This document shows positions 45,927 to 55,111 of a stretch of DNA of 64,000 nt, piece after piece. The notes beneath the pieces are model-generated. The model worked only from the letters and a program-made list of their open reading frames with translations. It had not been told where the DNA came from and ran no database searches. Both the position numbers and the translations under genes were made by a program. Source of the DNA: Elainellaceae cyanobacterium (lineage in GTDB: Bacteria; Cyanobacteriota; Cyanobacteriia; CAKZMO01); NCBI GenBank assembly GCA_050331115.1, contig JBHJHD010000019.1:67390-131389 (forward strand), written 5' to 3'. How positions within the stretch are numbered: the first letter of the stretch is position 1; each line of letters opens with the position of its first letter.

Positions 45927-47519
45927 TTACAGCCTGCAAAAGCGGCGATCGCCGTCTCGTGCCGGGTCCTGCCAAGAATAGGCAAAATGGCTGACGGTCT
46001 GGATCTGGGGCATCGCCTGGCGAATAGCGCTCATCTGCGCCTCTAGCGGGGGGTGACTCTGCAGCGTTCGGCCCCAGGCCCCCGCCAGCACTGGCATTAC
46101 CCCCGTCGCCGAGGGAGACTGGTCCAAAACCCGCTGAATCTTGGAGAGAACACAGCTGGCGTCACCGCAGACGCCGTAGGCCATGGGGTGCCACTCCATC
46201 GATGTGGGAAAGCGATCCCAGGGCTGCAGCCGCGAATCGTAGCCCTGGCTCACCGCCGCGTTGGCGTTGGGAAAGAAAACCGCCCCAGTGGGCAGTCCGG
46301 CCCGCTCTGCCGCCAGCCGCGCCACCGCCAGAAAATCGAGCACGCCCTGGGTCGCATGGCCGACGCTCAAGTCCCAAAGGGCCTGCTGCAGCATTGGGGT
46401 CAGCTCATTGGCCTCTAGTTCCACAGCGTTGTCGGGAAGCGTCTGCCCTTGCCACTGGGGCAGCAGGTCGTCGGGGAACTGTTCCTGAACGGCGTTCAGA
46501 TCGCCTACGGTAACGTAGCCCTGGCCCAGGAATTTCTCAATCAGCGCCCTGCCGCTGGGGTTAAGCGATCGCTCTAGCAGGGCACCGCGCGCCGCATCCC
46601 CGTAAATCCATAGGTCCTGAACCCGGCTGGCGACCGACTCGCCCCCAAATCCGCGCGGGTAGCGCACGTAGTCAAACAGCATACCGTCCGGCTGCCGCTG
46701 GGCTACAGCCTGGGCCATCCAGTAGTAGTCCTGCTTCGCCTTCAGATTATAGGGGTCGATGAATACTTCCTCTGAGCTATTGGCGTCGGTAAACTCGCGG
46801 CGGGCTTCCTCGAAAGCGGTGATGCTGGTCTGCCCCCGGCCGTTGCGGGCCAAGATATCCTCGTGGACGGTGGCGTAGGAGTAGCCGAAGTTCATCGTAA
46901 ACATCCAGGCATAGACCTTTAGGCCCCGCTCGTGGCCCTTACTGATGGTCTCCGCCAGTAGGTCAGCGCTCTCGTAGCCGGGGTTGCGCACGACCGACGG
47001 CCAGGCGGTATCGTTGCTGGCCATGGGGAGCAGTACTTGACCGTTGTAAAACGCCTCTAGATAAACCTGGTTGTAGCCCAGATCGACAATGTGGTCGAGC
47101 ACCTCATCCACGACGCCGGGGCGGACGTCACAAGGGTAGAGCCGCAGCCAAATCGCCTGCTGCTTAGGCCAGGCCTGGGCGCGGCAGCGCTGTAGGTCGT
47201 CAGCGCTTTGCGCTAGTGCGGTGCTATAGCTCTGCTGCGCTCCCGGATCGCCGGAGAGGGCCGCCTGCCGAAGCGTGTCTTTGGCGGTGGGGTCTACCGT
47301 GCTGTGGCAGTAGGGCGCAGTGCGTCCCTGGACAGGGCGAATATCAAACCGGAGCACTGCGCCAAAGGCCATTAAGGCGGCGAGCAAAATCACTGCGGGC
47401 CGCCTGAGATGGCGCCAGGAAACGTGACGCCAAGAGAGATAGCGCCAAGAAAAATGACGCCAAAGTCTCTGCTTTAACTGATTAAACGCCCTATTGCCCA
47501 TATCTCTCCCGCAAAACAT
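45927..47519 (-). CDS. glycoside-hydrolase-like GHL10/DUF187 (YngK-type) family protein
   Basis: TIM-barrel-like blocks (GYNQVYLEAFYNGQVLLP, ISKGHERGLKVYAWM, DYVRYP). I trimmed the ORF start to ATG 47519 (or 47501) to avoid overlap with mutY. The N-terminus has a SWRHx 15-nt repeat. Confidence 0.6.
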   Translation of the reverse strand: MFCGRDMGNRAFNQLKQRLWRHFSWRYLSWRHVSWRHLRRPAVILLAALMAFGAVLRFDIRPVQGRTAPYCHSTVDPTAKDTLRQAALSGDPGAQQSYSTALAQSADDLQRCRAQAWPKQQAIWLRLYPCDVRPGVVDEVLDHIVDLGYNQVYLEAFYNGQVLLPMASNDTAWPSVVRNPGYESADLLAETISKGHERGLKVYAWMFTMNFGYSYATVHEDILARNGRGQTSITAFEEARREFTDANSSEEVFIDPYNLKAKQDYYWMAQAVAQRQPDGMLFDYVRYPRGFGGESVASRVQDLWIYGDAARGALLERSLNPSGRALIEKFLGQGYVTVGDLNAVQEQFPDDLLPQWQGQTLPDNAVELEANELTPMLQQALWDLSVGHATQGVLDFLAVARLAAERAGLPTGAVFFPNANAAVSQGYDSRLQPWDRFPTSMEWHPMAYGVCGDASCVLSKIQRVLDQSPSATGVMPVLAGAWGRTLQSHPPLEAQMSAIRQAMPQIQTVSHFAYSWQDPARDGDRRFCRL

Positions 47520-47595
47520 CGCGATCGCCCGCTTCGATATTCGTTGACTCAACCCTATAATCCGACAAAATTTTAAACCAAGCCTGAGTCTCCCA

Positions 47596-48723
47596 TTAGC
47601 TTTGTGGCTCATTTTGGAGCTGACTCTGCCACCGGGGGGAGCTGAGAATTGCCTCAATGATGCGCTGATTGGCCGTGGGAAAGGGGTATTGACTCAGCTC
47701 TGGGGGCGCAACCCAGCGCACCTCGTCAGACGCTAGGGGCTTGGGCTCGCCGGAGAGCTGTTGGCAGTGATGTACCGCTAGCGTCACCTTAAAGTGGGTG
47801 TAGGCGTGGTCGATGGTAATCAGATGGTCCCCCACCGCAATGTCGATGTCTAGCTCTTCGCGAATTTCCCGCTTGATGCAGTCGGCGATCGTCTCTCCCG
47901 CCTCCAGCTTGCCGCCGGGGAATTCCCACAGCCCCCCCAGCAGTCCCTCGGGCCGGCGGCGATCGATGAGGACTTGGCGCTGGGCGTTCCAAATCACGGC
48001 GACGCCAATGTGCTTGTGGGGAATGGGGGGCCGCGATTCGCTCATGGGTACCTCCAGCTGTCGGTTGAGGTGAAAGGCTTGGCAATCGGGCTTCCAGGGG
48101 CACTGCAGGCAAGCCGGACGGCGGCGATCGCACACCGTCGCCCCCAGGTCCATCAGCGCCTGGTTGAAGTCTCGGGGACGCTCTGGGTCGAGCAGGGTCT
48201 GGGACGCGTCCCACAGCAGCGCCAGCTCGCGGCTCGGCGGGGACTCTATCGCCAGCAGCCGGGCCAGGATGCGCTTTACGTTGCCGTCGAGGATAGGGAC
48301 ACAGCGGTTGAAGGCGGCGCTGAGGATACCGCCCGCCGTGGTGCGCCCAACGCCCGGCAGGGCCATGGCGGCCTCTAAATCTTTAGGAAATGCGCCATGG
48401 TGATGATCAACGACCTTCTGGGCCGCCCGGTGTAGGTTGCGGGCTCTAGCGTAGTAGCCCAGCCCTTCCCACAGCTTTAGCACCGTCTGCAGGTCGGCTT
48501 GGGCCAGCGCGTCAACCGTGGGAAACGCCGTCAGCCACCGCCGGTAGTAGGGGATCACCGTCTTCACCTGGGTCTGCTGAAGCATAACCTCAGAGATCCA
48601 GATGGGATAGGGGTCTTGGGTTTGCCGCCAGGGAAGCTGCCGACCCGACGCCTCGTACCAATCGAGCAGCGATCGCCTCAGCCGCGGGGCAGCGGCCTCT
48701 AGGTTAACGCTACTGGACGGCAT
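47596..48723 (-). CDS. mutY: A/G-specific adenine DNA glycosylase
   Basis: HhH-GPD (LPGVGRTTAGGILS). 4Fe-4S Cys cluster (C..RRPACLQCPWKPDC). C-terminal NUDIX-like domain (GGLWEFPGGK). Confidence 0.9.
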   Translation of the reverse strand: MPSSSVNLEAAAPRLRRSLLDWYEASGRQLPWRQTQDPYPIWISEVMLQQTQVKTVIPYYRRWLTAFPTVDALAQADLQTVLKLWEGLGYYARARNLHRAAQKVVDHHHGAFPKDLEAAMALPGVGRTTAGGILSAAFNRCVPILDGNVKRILARLLAIESPPSRELALLWDASQTLLDPERPRDFNQALMDLGATVCDRRRPACLQCPWKPDCQAFHLNRQLEVPMSESRPPIPHKHIGVAVIWNAQRQVLIDRRRPEGLLGGLWEFPGGKLEAGETIADCIKREIREELDIDIAVGDHLITIDHAYTHFKVTLAVHHCQQLSGEPKPLASDEVRWVAPPELSQYPFPTANQRIIEAILSSPRWQSQLQNEPQS

Positions 48724-49939
48724 CCATGACGCGGAAGATGGGCAGGTACATGGCGACCAGAATCGAGCCGACCATGCCCCCCAGCACCAAAATCATGATG
48801 GGCTCCATAATTGAGGTTAGGGCTTTGACCGCCTGCTCCACCTCGTCCTCATAGAAATCGGCCACCTTCATGAGCATGGTGTCTAGTTCCCCGGTTTCCT
48901 CACCGATGTTGATCATCTGGATCGCCATCGGGGGAAACACTTTTTCCTGCTGCAGCGCCAGGCTGATGACGCCGCCGGTCTGAATTTTCTGTCGGGCGAC
49001 CTCAATGGCGTTGGAGATCACCTGGTTGCCCGTGGTGTCGCGCACAATTTCAAGGGAGGTGAGAATCGGCACACCGGAGCGCGACAGCGCGCCAAAGGTG
49101 CGGCAAAAGCGAGCGACGGCGGTCTTTTGAATTAGGTCGCCAAACAGCGGCAGCCGGAGCAGCAGTCGGTCTACGGTCTCCCGGCCGATGCGGGTGGAAT
49201 AGTACTGCCGAAAGGCAAACGCCAGCACGAGAATGAACACCAGGAGCCCCAGCACCAGAACTGGGTTCCGCAGAAAGTCGCTGATGTTGAGCATGAACTG
49301 CGTAAACGCCGGTAGCTCAGCGTCGAGCTGCGCGAAAATATCGGCAAAGGTGGGCAGCAGAAACACCGTCATCCCCAAGAAAACGGCGATCGCAATCACC
49401 GCAACGGCGATGGGGTAGGTCATGGCCGACTTAATCTGGTTGTTGAGCCGCGCCATATCCTCGAGCAGCTTAGAGAGGCGATTCATCACCTCGTCTAGAA
49501 CGCCGCCCACCTCACCGGCCTGCACCATGCTGACGTATAGATTATCGAAGCACTGGGGGTGCTTCGTCATTGAGTCGGCCAGCGTCGTGCCCTGCTGCAC
49601 ATCGATATTGACGTCCTGCAGCGCGGCCTTAAATTTAGGGTTGGTGGTTTGATCCGCTAATATTCCTAACCCTCTGACTACGGCGACGCCGGCATTAATC
49701 AGCACCGCAAACTGACGGGAGAAGACCGCCTTGTCCTTAACGCTGACCCGCGTCAGCGCCTTTGAAATGTTTTTGAAGCTGAGGTTATTTAGGCTAAAGT
49801 CCCTAGCCTCTTTAAGGTCCTGGACAAACAGGCCTCGGTCCCGCAAAATGCCCCTGGCTTCTCCAGCAGAGGTCGCTGGCACCTTTAGGCGACGAAAGTT
49901 GCCCCGGGAATCTCTGGCTTGCACAGTGTAGGTTGGCAT
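48710..49939 (-). CDS. pilC: type IV pilus assembly platform protein PilC (GspF family)
   Basis: Duplicated GspF domains (FSRQFAVLINAGV...; FCRTFGALSRSGVPIL...). 3 TM segments. Confidence 0.9.
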   Translation of the reverse strand: MPTYTVQARDSRGNFRRLKVPATSAGEARGILRDRGLFVQDLKEARDFSLNNLSFKNISKALTRVSVKDKAVFSRQFAVLINAGVAVVRGLGILADQTTNPKFKAALQDVNIDVQQGTTLADSMTKHPQCFDNLYVSMVQAGEVGGVLDEVMNRLSKLLEDMARLNNQIKSAMTYPIAVAVIAIAVFLGMTVFLLPTFADIFAQLDAELPAFTQFMLNISDFLRNPVLVLGLLVFILVLAFAFRQYYSTRIGRETVDRLLLRLPLFGDLIQKTAVARFCRTFGALSRSGVPILTSLEIVRDTTGNQVISNAIEVARQKIQTGGVISLALQQEKVFPPMAIQMINIGEETGELDTMLMKVADFYEDEVEQAVKALTSIMEPIMILVLGGMVGSILVAMYLPIFRVMDAVQ

Positions 49940-50076
49940 GGCGATGTCCTCTCACGAAATAATGCAGTATGGGTCAGACAGGTTGGTTTGGCATCTATGC
50001 CGATTATCTATGCCGATCGCCTTACGTCGATTCAGCCCCTATGGCTAGCGGCATTTAGGCCTAGCAGCATTTAGGC

Positions 50077-51198
50077 CTAGCGGCGAGCGGCGGTCGCGTA
50101 GGGACCGGACTTCACGGCCTTACCGCCGCCGATGAGCCGCTGCATTTCATCGGGCTTTGAGGTCTTGGACATCGCCGCATCGAAGGAAATGGCACCGGAC
50201 TTGTAGAGGTCGGCCAGCACCCGCTCCAGCGTGCGCATGCCTAGGCTGCCGCCGGTCTGGATTGCCGAGTAGATTTGCGACGTCTTGCCCTCTCGAATTA
50301 AGTTGGCGATCGCCGGGGTGACCACCATGGTTTCCTGAGCCATGACGCGGCTGAACTCGCCGGGCTTGGTCTTCGCCCGAGGGAGCAGGGTTTGGCTGAA
50401 CACCGCCACAAGCGAGTTAGACAGCTGGACTCGCACCTGGGTCTGCTTGTCCGCTGGAAAGACGTCGATCATTCGGTCGACGGTCTGGGCCGCGGAGCTC
50501 GTATGTAGGGTGCCGAAAACGAGATGACCGGTTTCCGCCGCCGTGATCGCCAGGGAAATGGTCTCTAGGTCCCGCAGCTCTCCCACCAGGATAATGTCCG
50601 GATCTTCCCGCAGAGCCGAGCGCAGGGCGTTGGAAAAGCTCTTGGTATCCTCCCCGAGCTGCCGCTGGTGAATCAGGCTTTTTACGGGGCCGTAGACAAA
50701 CTCAATCGGGTCTTCAATGGTGAGGATATGCTCAGCCCGAGTTCGGTTGATGAGGTCGATCATCGCCGCCAGGGTGGTGGTCTTGCCGGAGCCCGTCGGC
50801 CCGGTGACCAGGATCAAGCCGCGGGGCTTCTCGGCCATCTCCCGCACCACGTCGGGCAGGCCCAGTTTTTCAAAGCTAGGGATGTTGGAGCTGAGGGCCC
50901 GCAGGCAGGCCGCGTAGGTGCCCCGATCTTTGTAGACATTGACGCGAAAGCGGGCCAGCCCTTTGACGCCGTAGGAGCAGTCCAGCTCCCAAGTCTGCTC
51001 GAGGGTTTTGCGCTGGGTGTTGTTGAGCATGCTGAAGATCAGCCGCTGGCACTGCTCTGAGGTTAGGGGCTCGTCTCCCACCGGCGTCAGCTTGCCCCCG
51101 ATGCGGAAGTAGGGCGGAACGCCGGCCGACAGGTGGAGGTCGGAGCCGCCCATTTCCACCAGCTGCTCCATCAAGTCTTCAATCATCAGGTCCATCAT
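50077..51198 (-). CDS. pilT: twitching-motility ATPase PilT
   Basis: GGSDLHL, Walker A GPTGSGKTT, ILTIEDPIE, Walker B/Asp box ILVGELRD, His box GHLVFGTLHT. Start set at ATG 51198 (MMDLMIEDL) rather than the ORF-track 51255. Confidence 0.93.
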   Translation of the reverse strand: MMDLMIEDLMEQLVEMGGSDLHLSAGVPPYFRIGGKLTPVGDEPLTSEQCQRLIFSMLNNTQRKTLEQTWELDCSYGVKGLARFRVNVYKDRGTYAACLRALSSNIPSFEKLGLPDVVREMAEKPRGLILVTGPTGSGKTTTLAAMIDLINRTRAEHILTIEDPIEFVYGPVKSLIHQRQLGEDTKSFSNALRSALREDPDIILVGELRDLETISLAITAAETGHLVFGTLHTSSAAQTVDRMIDVFPADKQTQVRVQLSNSLVAVFSQTLLPRAKTKPGEFSRVMAQETMVVTPAIANLIREGKTSQIYSAIQTGGSLGMRTLERVLADLYKSGAISFDAAMSKTSKPDEMQRLIGGGKAVKSGPYATAARR

Positions 51199-51267
51199 GA
51201 TGCGATCGCTCCTAAAAGTCCTAAAAGTAAGGTGAACGGCCCAAGAGCAGGCCAAGCTATTGCTAAA

Positions 51268-51319
51268 GTGCGGGGCCAGAGTGCGGGGCCAGAGTGCAGG
51301 GCCAGAGTGCGGGGCCAGG
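51268..51319. repeat. 13-nt tandem repeat x4 between pilB stop and pilT start
   Basis: GTGCGGGGCCAGA x4 (third copy has GTGCAGGG; last copy ends GG). Confidence 0.9.
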
Positions 51320-51327
51320 CCGGGACG

Positions 51328-53352
51328 CTAGCCATCGTGGAATCGGGGTGTCGTGCAGTATGGGCATTGGGACCACTCGGGCTGAAGCGCCGCCTCGCAC
51401 ACCCGGCAGACCAAAGATGCCTTGCGCCGCGCTTTCAGTTCAGCCTCCAGTCCCGAGTCAGTGAGGGTGACCCGCTCCACCTCTTCAAAGGTCGTCATCC
51501 CCTGGCGCACGAGCTCCAGGCTGTAGGCGAGCAGGGTTTTCATCCCCTCTTCAGTCGCCACCTCTTTGATGCGCTCCGTCGGCGCTCCGTCGGTAATCAG
51601 CGTTTCGATGGTCTCGTTCATGCGCATCACTTCGTAGACGCCGCAGCGCCCCTTGTAGCCTGAACCACCGCACTTAGAGCACAGCTCGCTGCTCTCCTGG
51701 GCCGCCTGGATCTGCTCAACGCTGAGCACGTTGGCCCAGTAGAAAGTGCGCTCTAGGTCTACCGTGTCCGAAATGCCGAACCGAGAGAGCTCTTCGCGGT
51801 TAGGGCTGTAGGGCTGTCGGCATTTGTCGCACACGCGCCGCACAAGGCGCTGCGCTAGGATGCCGATCAGCGAGCCCGACAGCATGAACGACTCCACACC
51901 CATCTCGTCTAGCCGGGCGATCGCGCTGGCGGCGTCGTTGGTGTGCAGCGTGGTCATCACCAGGTGCCCCGTCAAGGCCGCTTCAATTGCGGTTTTAGCC
52001 GTCTCTTTGTCGCGGGTCTCACCTACCAGAATTACGTCCGGGTCCTGCCGCAGAAAGGAGCGCAAAATCGAGGCGAAGTCGATGCCCTTCTCGCGGATCA
52101 CCTGCACTTGGGTAATGCCGGGTAGCGAGTACTCAATGGGATCTTCAACGGTGTTGATGTTGACTTCCGGGGTGTTGCGCTCGGCGAGGGCCGAATATAG
52201 CGTCGTCGTTTTGCCCGAACCGGTTGGCCCCGTCACCAAAATCAAGCCAAAGGGACGGCTGACCATCTCCTTGACCATCTGCAGGGTGGGGGGATCGGTA
52301 ATCAGGGCGTCTAGACCAAACTGGGTTGACGAGTTGTCTAAAATCCGCAGACACACCTTTTCGCCGTAGCGGCTGGGGATTGTGCTGACGCGAAAGTCGA
52401 TTACACGGCTGTCGAAGCGGCGGCGTATACGCCCGTCTTGGGGAATGCGCCGCTCCGCGATGTCGAGGTTGGCCATAATCTTGAGGCGGGCCGTTACAGA
52501 GGGCACAATCTTCTTGGGCAGAGGCTCAAAGGCCTCTCGCAAGACGCCGTCCTTGCGGTAGCGGACCCGCAGCGAGTCCTCCTGGGGCTCAACGTGGATG
52601 TCTGAGACGTCGCCCTGCAGCGCCTTGATCAGCATCTTATTGACGAGCGAAATAATCGGGGCCGCCTCGGCATCCTGAAGGGCGCTGTCAAGATTGGCCT
52701 CCATGTCGTCGGGCGCTTCTTCGAGATCGAGGTAGTCTAGGCCCTCAATGTCGGAGCGTACGTCTACCCGAGACTCCTGCTCTATCTTCTTCTCGCGCTC
52801 AACCTTTTCATCGAGGTACTGCGACATCAGCCGCTGGTAGTCATCGGGGGTGATCACCATGCGCTGTAGGGCGAGGCCCTGGGGCCGCAGAATGCGGTTG
52901 AGGTCGTCTTGGGCCGCGAGATCGTCGGGATCGACCATCGCAACTAGGACTGACGGCGGCTCGGTTTGGTTGCGCGATAGCGGAATAAGCTGGTAGCGGC
53001 GACAGGTGTCTACCGGAATTAAGCCGTCGATGAGCTGGCCGACGTGAGTGGTGGGAATCTCGCTGAGCTCAGGATCAAGCGACTCAACCCCGAAAAGAAT
53101 TTTGAGCTCGAACAGCTGCTGCTTTTTGTACTGTCGCAGCAGATCGGGCGGCAGATTCTTCCCCGTCAGGGTTTCGAGAACGTCGGTTAGCGGTCGCCCC
53201 GATTTACGACTCTCGACAAGCGCCTGCTGCATCTGCTCGGAATCGATGTAGCCAGCCTGAACGAGCTTGTTGCCAAACGGCGAAAAGTCTTGTCGAACGA
53301 CGAGCGCATTTCTTTGTGAAGATGCGCGTCTTTGTGACGAAGAATTAGCCAT
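51328..53352 (-). CDS. pilB: type IV pilus extension ATPase PilB (GspE family)
   Basis: N-terminal GSPII_E_N-like domain. Walker A GPTGSGKTT, VEDPIEY, ILVGETRD, GHLVMTTLHT. Tetracysteine CDKC...CSKC. An extra C-terminal CXXC-X11-CXXC. Confidence 0.93.
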   Translation of the reverse strand: MANSSSQRRASSQRNALVVRQDFSPFGNKLVQAGYIDSEQMQQALVESRKSGRPLTDVLETLTGKNLPPDLLRQYKKQQLFELKILFGVESLDPELSEIPTTHVGQLIDGLIPVDTCRRYQLIPLSRNQTEPPSVLVAMVDPDDLAAQDDLNRILRPQGLALQRMVITPDDYQRLMSQYLDEKVEREKKIEQESRVDVRSDIEGLDYLDLEEAPDDMEANLDSALQDAEAAPIISLVNKMLIKALQGDVSDIHVEPQEDSLRVRYRKDGVLREAFEPLPKKIVPSVTARLKIMANLDIAERRIPQDGRIRRRFDSRVIDFRVSTIPSRYGEKVCLRILDNSSTQFGLDALITDPPTLQMVKEMVSRPFGLILVTGPTGSGKTTTLYSALAERNTPEVNINTVEDPIEYSLPGITQVQVIREKGIDFASILRSFLRQDPDVILVGETRDKETAKTAIEAALTGHLVMTTLHTNDAASAIARLDEMGVESFMLSGSLIGILAQRLVRRVCDKCRQPYSPNREELSRFGISDTVDLERTFYWANVLSVEQIQAAQESSELCSKCGGSGYKGRCGVYEVMRMNETIETLITDGAPTERIKEVATEEGMKTLLAYSLELVRQGMTTFEEVERVTLTDSGLEAELKARRKASLVCRVCEAALQPEWSQCPYCTTPRFHDG

Positions 53353-54035
53353 AGCTGCTGCATTAATCCTTGAACTGTACTAATCTGCTCAGATCCATCC
53401 GGCCGAAGCGGCGCGGCTTAGCGGTTTACACTAGCCGGGCGACAGGGCTAGGAGACGCCGCGCCGCCAAACCCAATTGCCCCCGGAGATTGCCCCAGAAT
53501 GTGCCCTCCAGAAGCGCTCTAAAATCACCGCCGCCGAAAGGCTGCCACAATCCACCATCACACCGAAACCAGATGCCCTATTGAACGCATCGGTTTCCAA
53601 TCACATCCACTGCGGCGACCCTGGCGCGATAACCCTGGCGCAGCGATAACCTGACGCAGCTATGGCCGTCTGCGGATGCCGTTGCGGTCAACCGCTAGCA
53701 ACCGTCCCTAGAGGGTCGCAGTACAGACAGGCCCATCACATGTCTGTAATCTTACCCAATAACTACGGTTAGGCCTACAGGGACTAATCTTAAAAATATT
53801 GGTAGCGGGATGGAGCAGCGACTCTACGAGGGTATTTTAGGCAAATCATAGGTCCAATCTATGCATCTGCGACCGATTTGGACCTGATTTCACATTTCTT
53901 AAAGGTTATGCTGGGATGACATGGTGATTTATAGGCTGCACCGTTTCGGATTGCCGTACAGGTTTCCCCTAACCCGCCTGCCTAGCTGTAAAGTAAAACT
54001 GTCTATATAGAGTTGAATTTTGACGCCAACGGTTC

Positions 54036-54746
54036 ATGATGATTGAAGACGAAAAGCCTATTGAAGAGCAGGAGTCCCAGCAGGGTGACGCTAGCGACGC
54101 GAGCCAGACGGTTTCTGAAGACGGACCGACGCTAGACGAGATAGATCTAGACCTCGCTGAGAATGAGTCTGACGAGTCTCCCTCAGGTCAGGCGCAGGAC
54201 GAATCGCTGGGCGAACCCGAGGCCGGTGATGGCGAGCCGATGTCTGCTGCGGCGCTGCAGCAGGAAGTCGAGCGCCTGCGGGCCCAGCTTGACGATCGAA
54301 TGACTCAGTACATGCGCATTGCTGCGGATTTTGAGAACTTTCGCAAGCGGACGCAGAAAGAGAAGCAAGAGCAAGACGTTCAAGTCAAATGCGCAACTAT
54401 CTCTGAGATGCTGTCCGTAATTGACAATTTTGAGCGGGCACGATCGCAGATCAAGCCTCAGACCGACGGCGAGATGACGATTCACAAGAGCTATCAGGGG
54501 GTCTATAAGCAGCTCGTGGACGCGCTCAAAAAGCTCGGCGTCTCACCGATGCGGGCGGAAGGCGAGCAGTTTGACCCTAACCTGCATGAGGCCGTTATGC
54601 GCGAGCCGACGTCTGAGCATGAGGACGGCATCGTCATTGAGCAGCTCATGCGGGGCTATGTACTGGGCGATCGCGTGCTCCGCCACGCCATGGTGAAAGT
54701 GGCGACCTCTGACGGGGTAGCCGCTGCTGATGAAGCGGGCGCGTAG
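54036..54746 (+). CDS. grpE: nucleotide exchange factor GrpE
   Basis: Acidic N-terminus, then [22 protein letters not shown] and the C-terminal beta-domain ([16 protein letters not shown]). Confidence 0.93.
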   Translation: MMIEDEKPIEEQESQQGDASDASQTVSEDGPTLDEIDLDLAENESDESPSGQAQDESLGEPEAGDGEPMSAAALQQEVERLRAQLDDRMTQYMRIAADFENFRKRTQKEKQEQDVQVKCATISEMLSVIDNFERARSQIKPQTDGEMTIHKSYQGVYKQLVDALKKLGVSPMRAEGEQFDPNLHEAVMREPTSEHEDGIVIEQLMRGYVLGDRVLRHAMVKVATSDGVAAADEAGA

Positions 54747-55111
54747 GCCCCTCTGCGCAGAAGACCTCAGCACAAAAGCTCTTGGCTAGCGGTCCTTTGC
54801 TGTTGTTGACGGGCTGTTGACGGGCTGTTGACTCCGCCAACTTTGTGGGCAATTCTAAAAAGCGAGCATATTTAGGTGGCTATTTCGGCTGCTCTCTCGG
54901 GACAGGTCTTTCAAGTTGAGGCCTTCTGCCGCTAGCGATTTCTTGCTGATGTCGGCTATGGTGGTTCAAACGGCAGCATTGACGCATTGCTTGAATTTGA
55001 CTTTGATCTAGCCGGGGTCTTCAACCATATCAACCCTGATCAAAAGGTCAGTGGCTGAATAATAGCTAAAGTTAAGAGCTTCTATACAAACCGCATTCAT
55101 AGCCGCTGATT

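Noticed and set aside
47520-47657. N-terminal 46 codons of the ORF-track version of the GHL10-like gene (start 47657).
   Set aside because: It would overlap the 3' end of mutY by 62 nt on the same strand. Internal ATGs at 47519 and 47501 precede a basic/hydrophobic signal-like segment and give a conventional arrangement.
54747-55111. CIRCE (HrcA operator, TTAGCACTC-N9-GAGTGCTAA) upstream of dnaK or grpE.
   Set aside because: I scanned both spacers (53353-54035 and 54747-55111) by eye and found no such inverted repeat. Only an 11-nt tandem GTTGACGGGCT is present.
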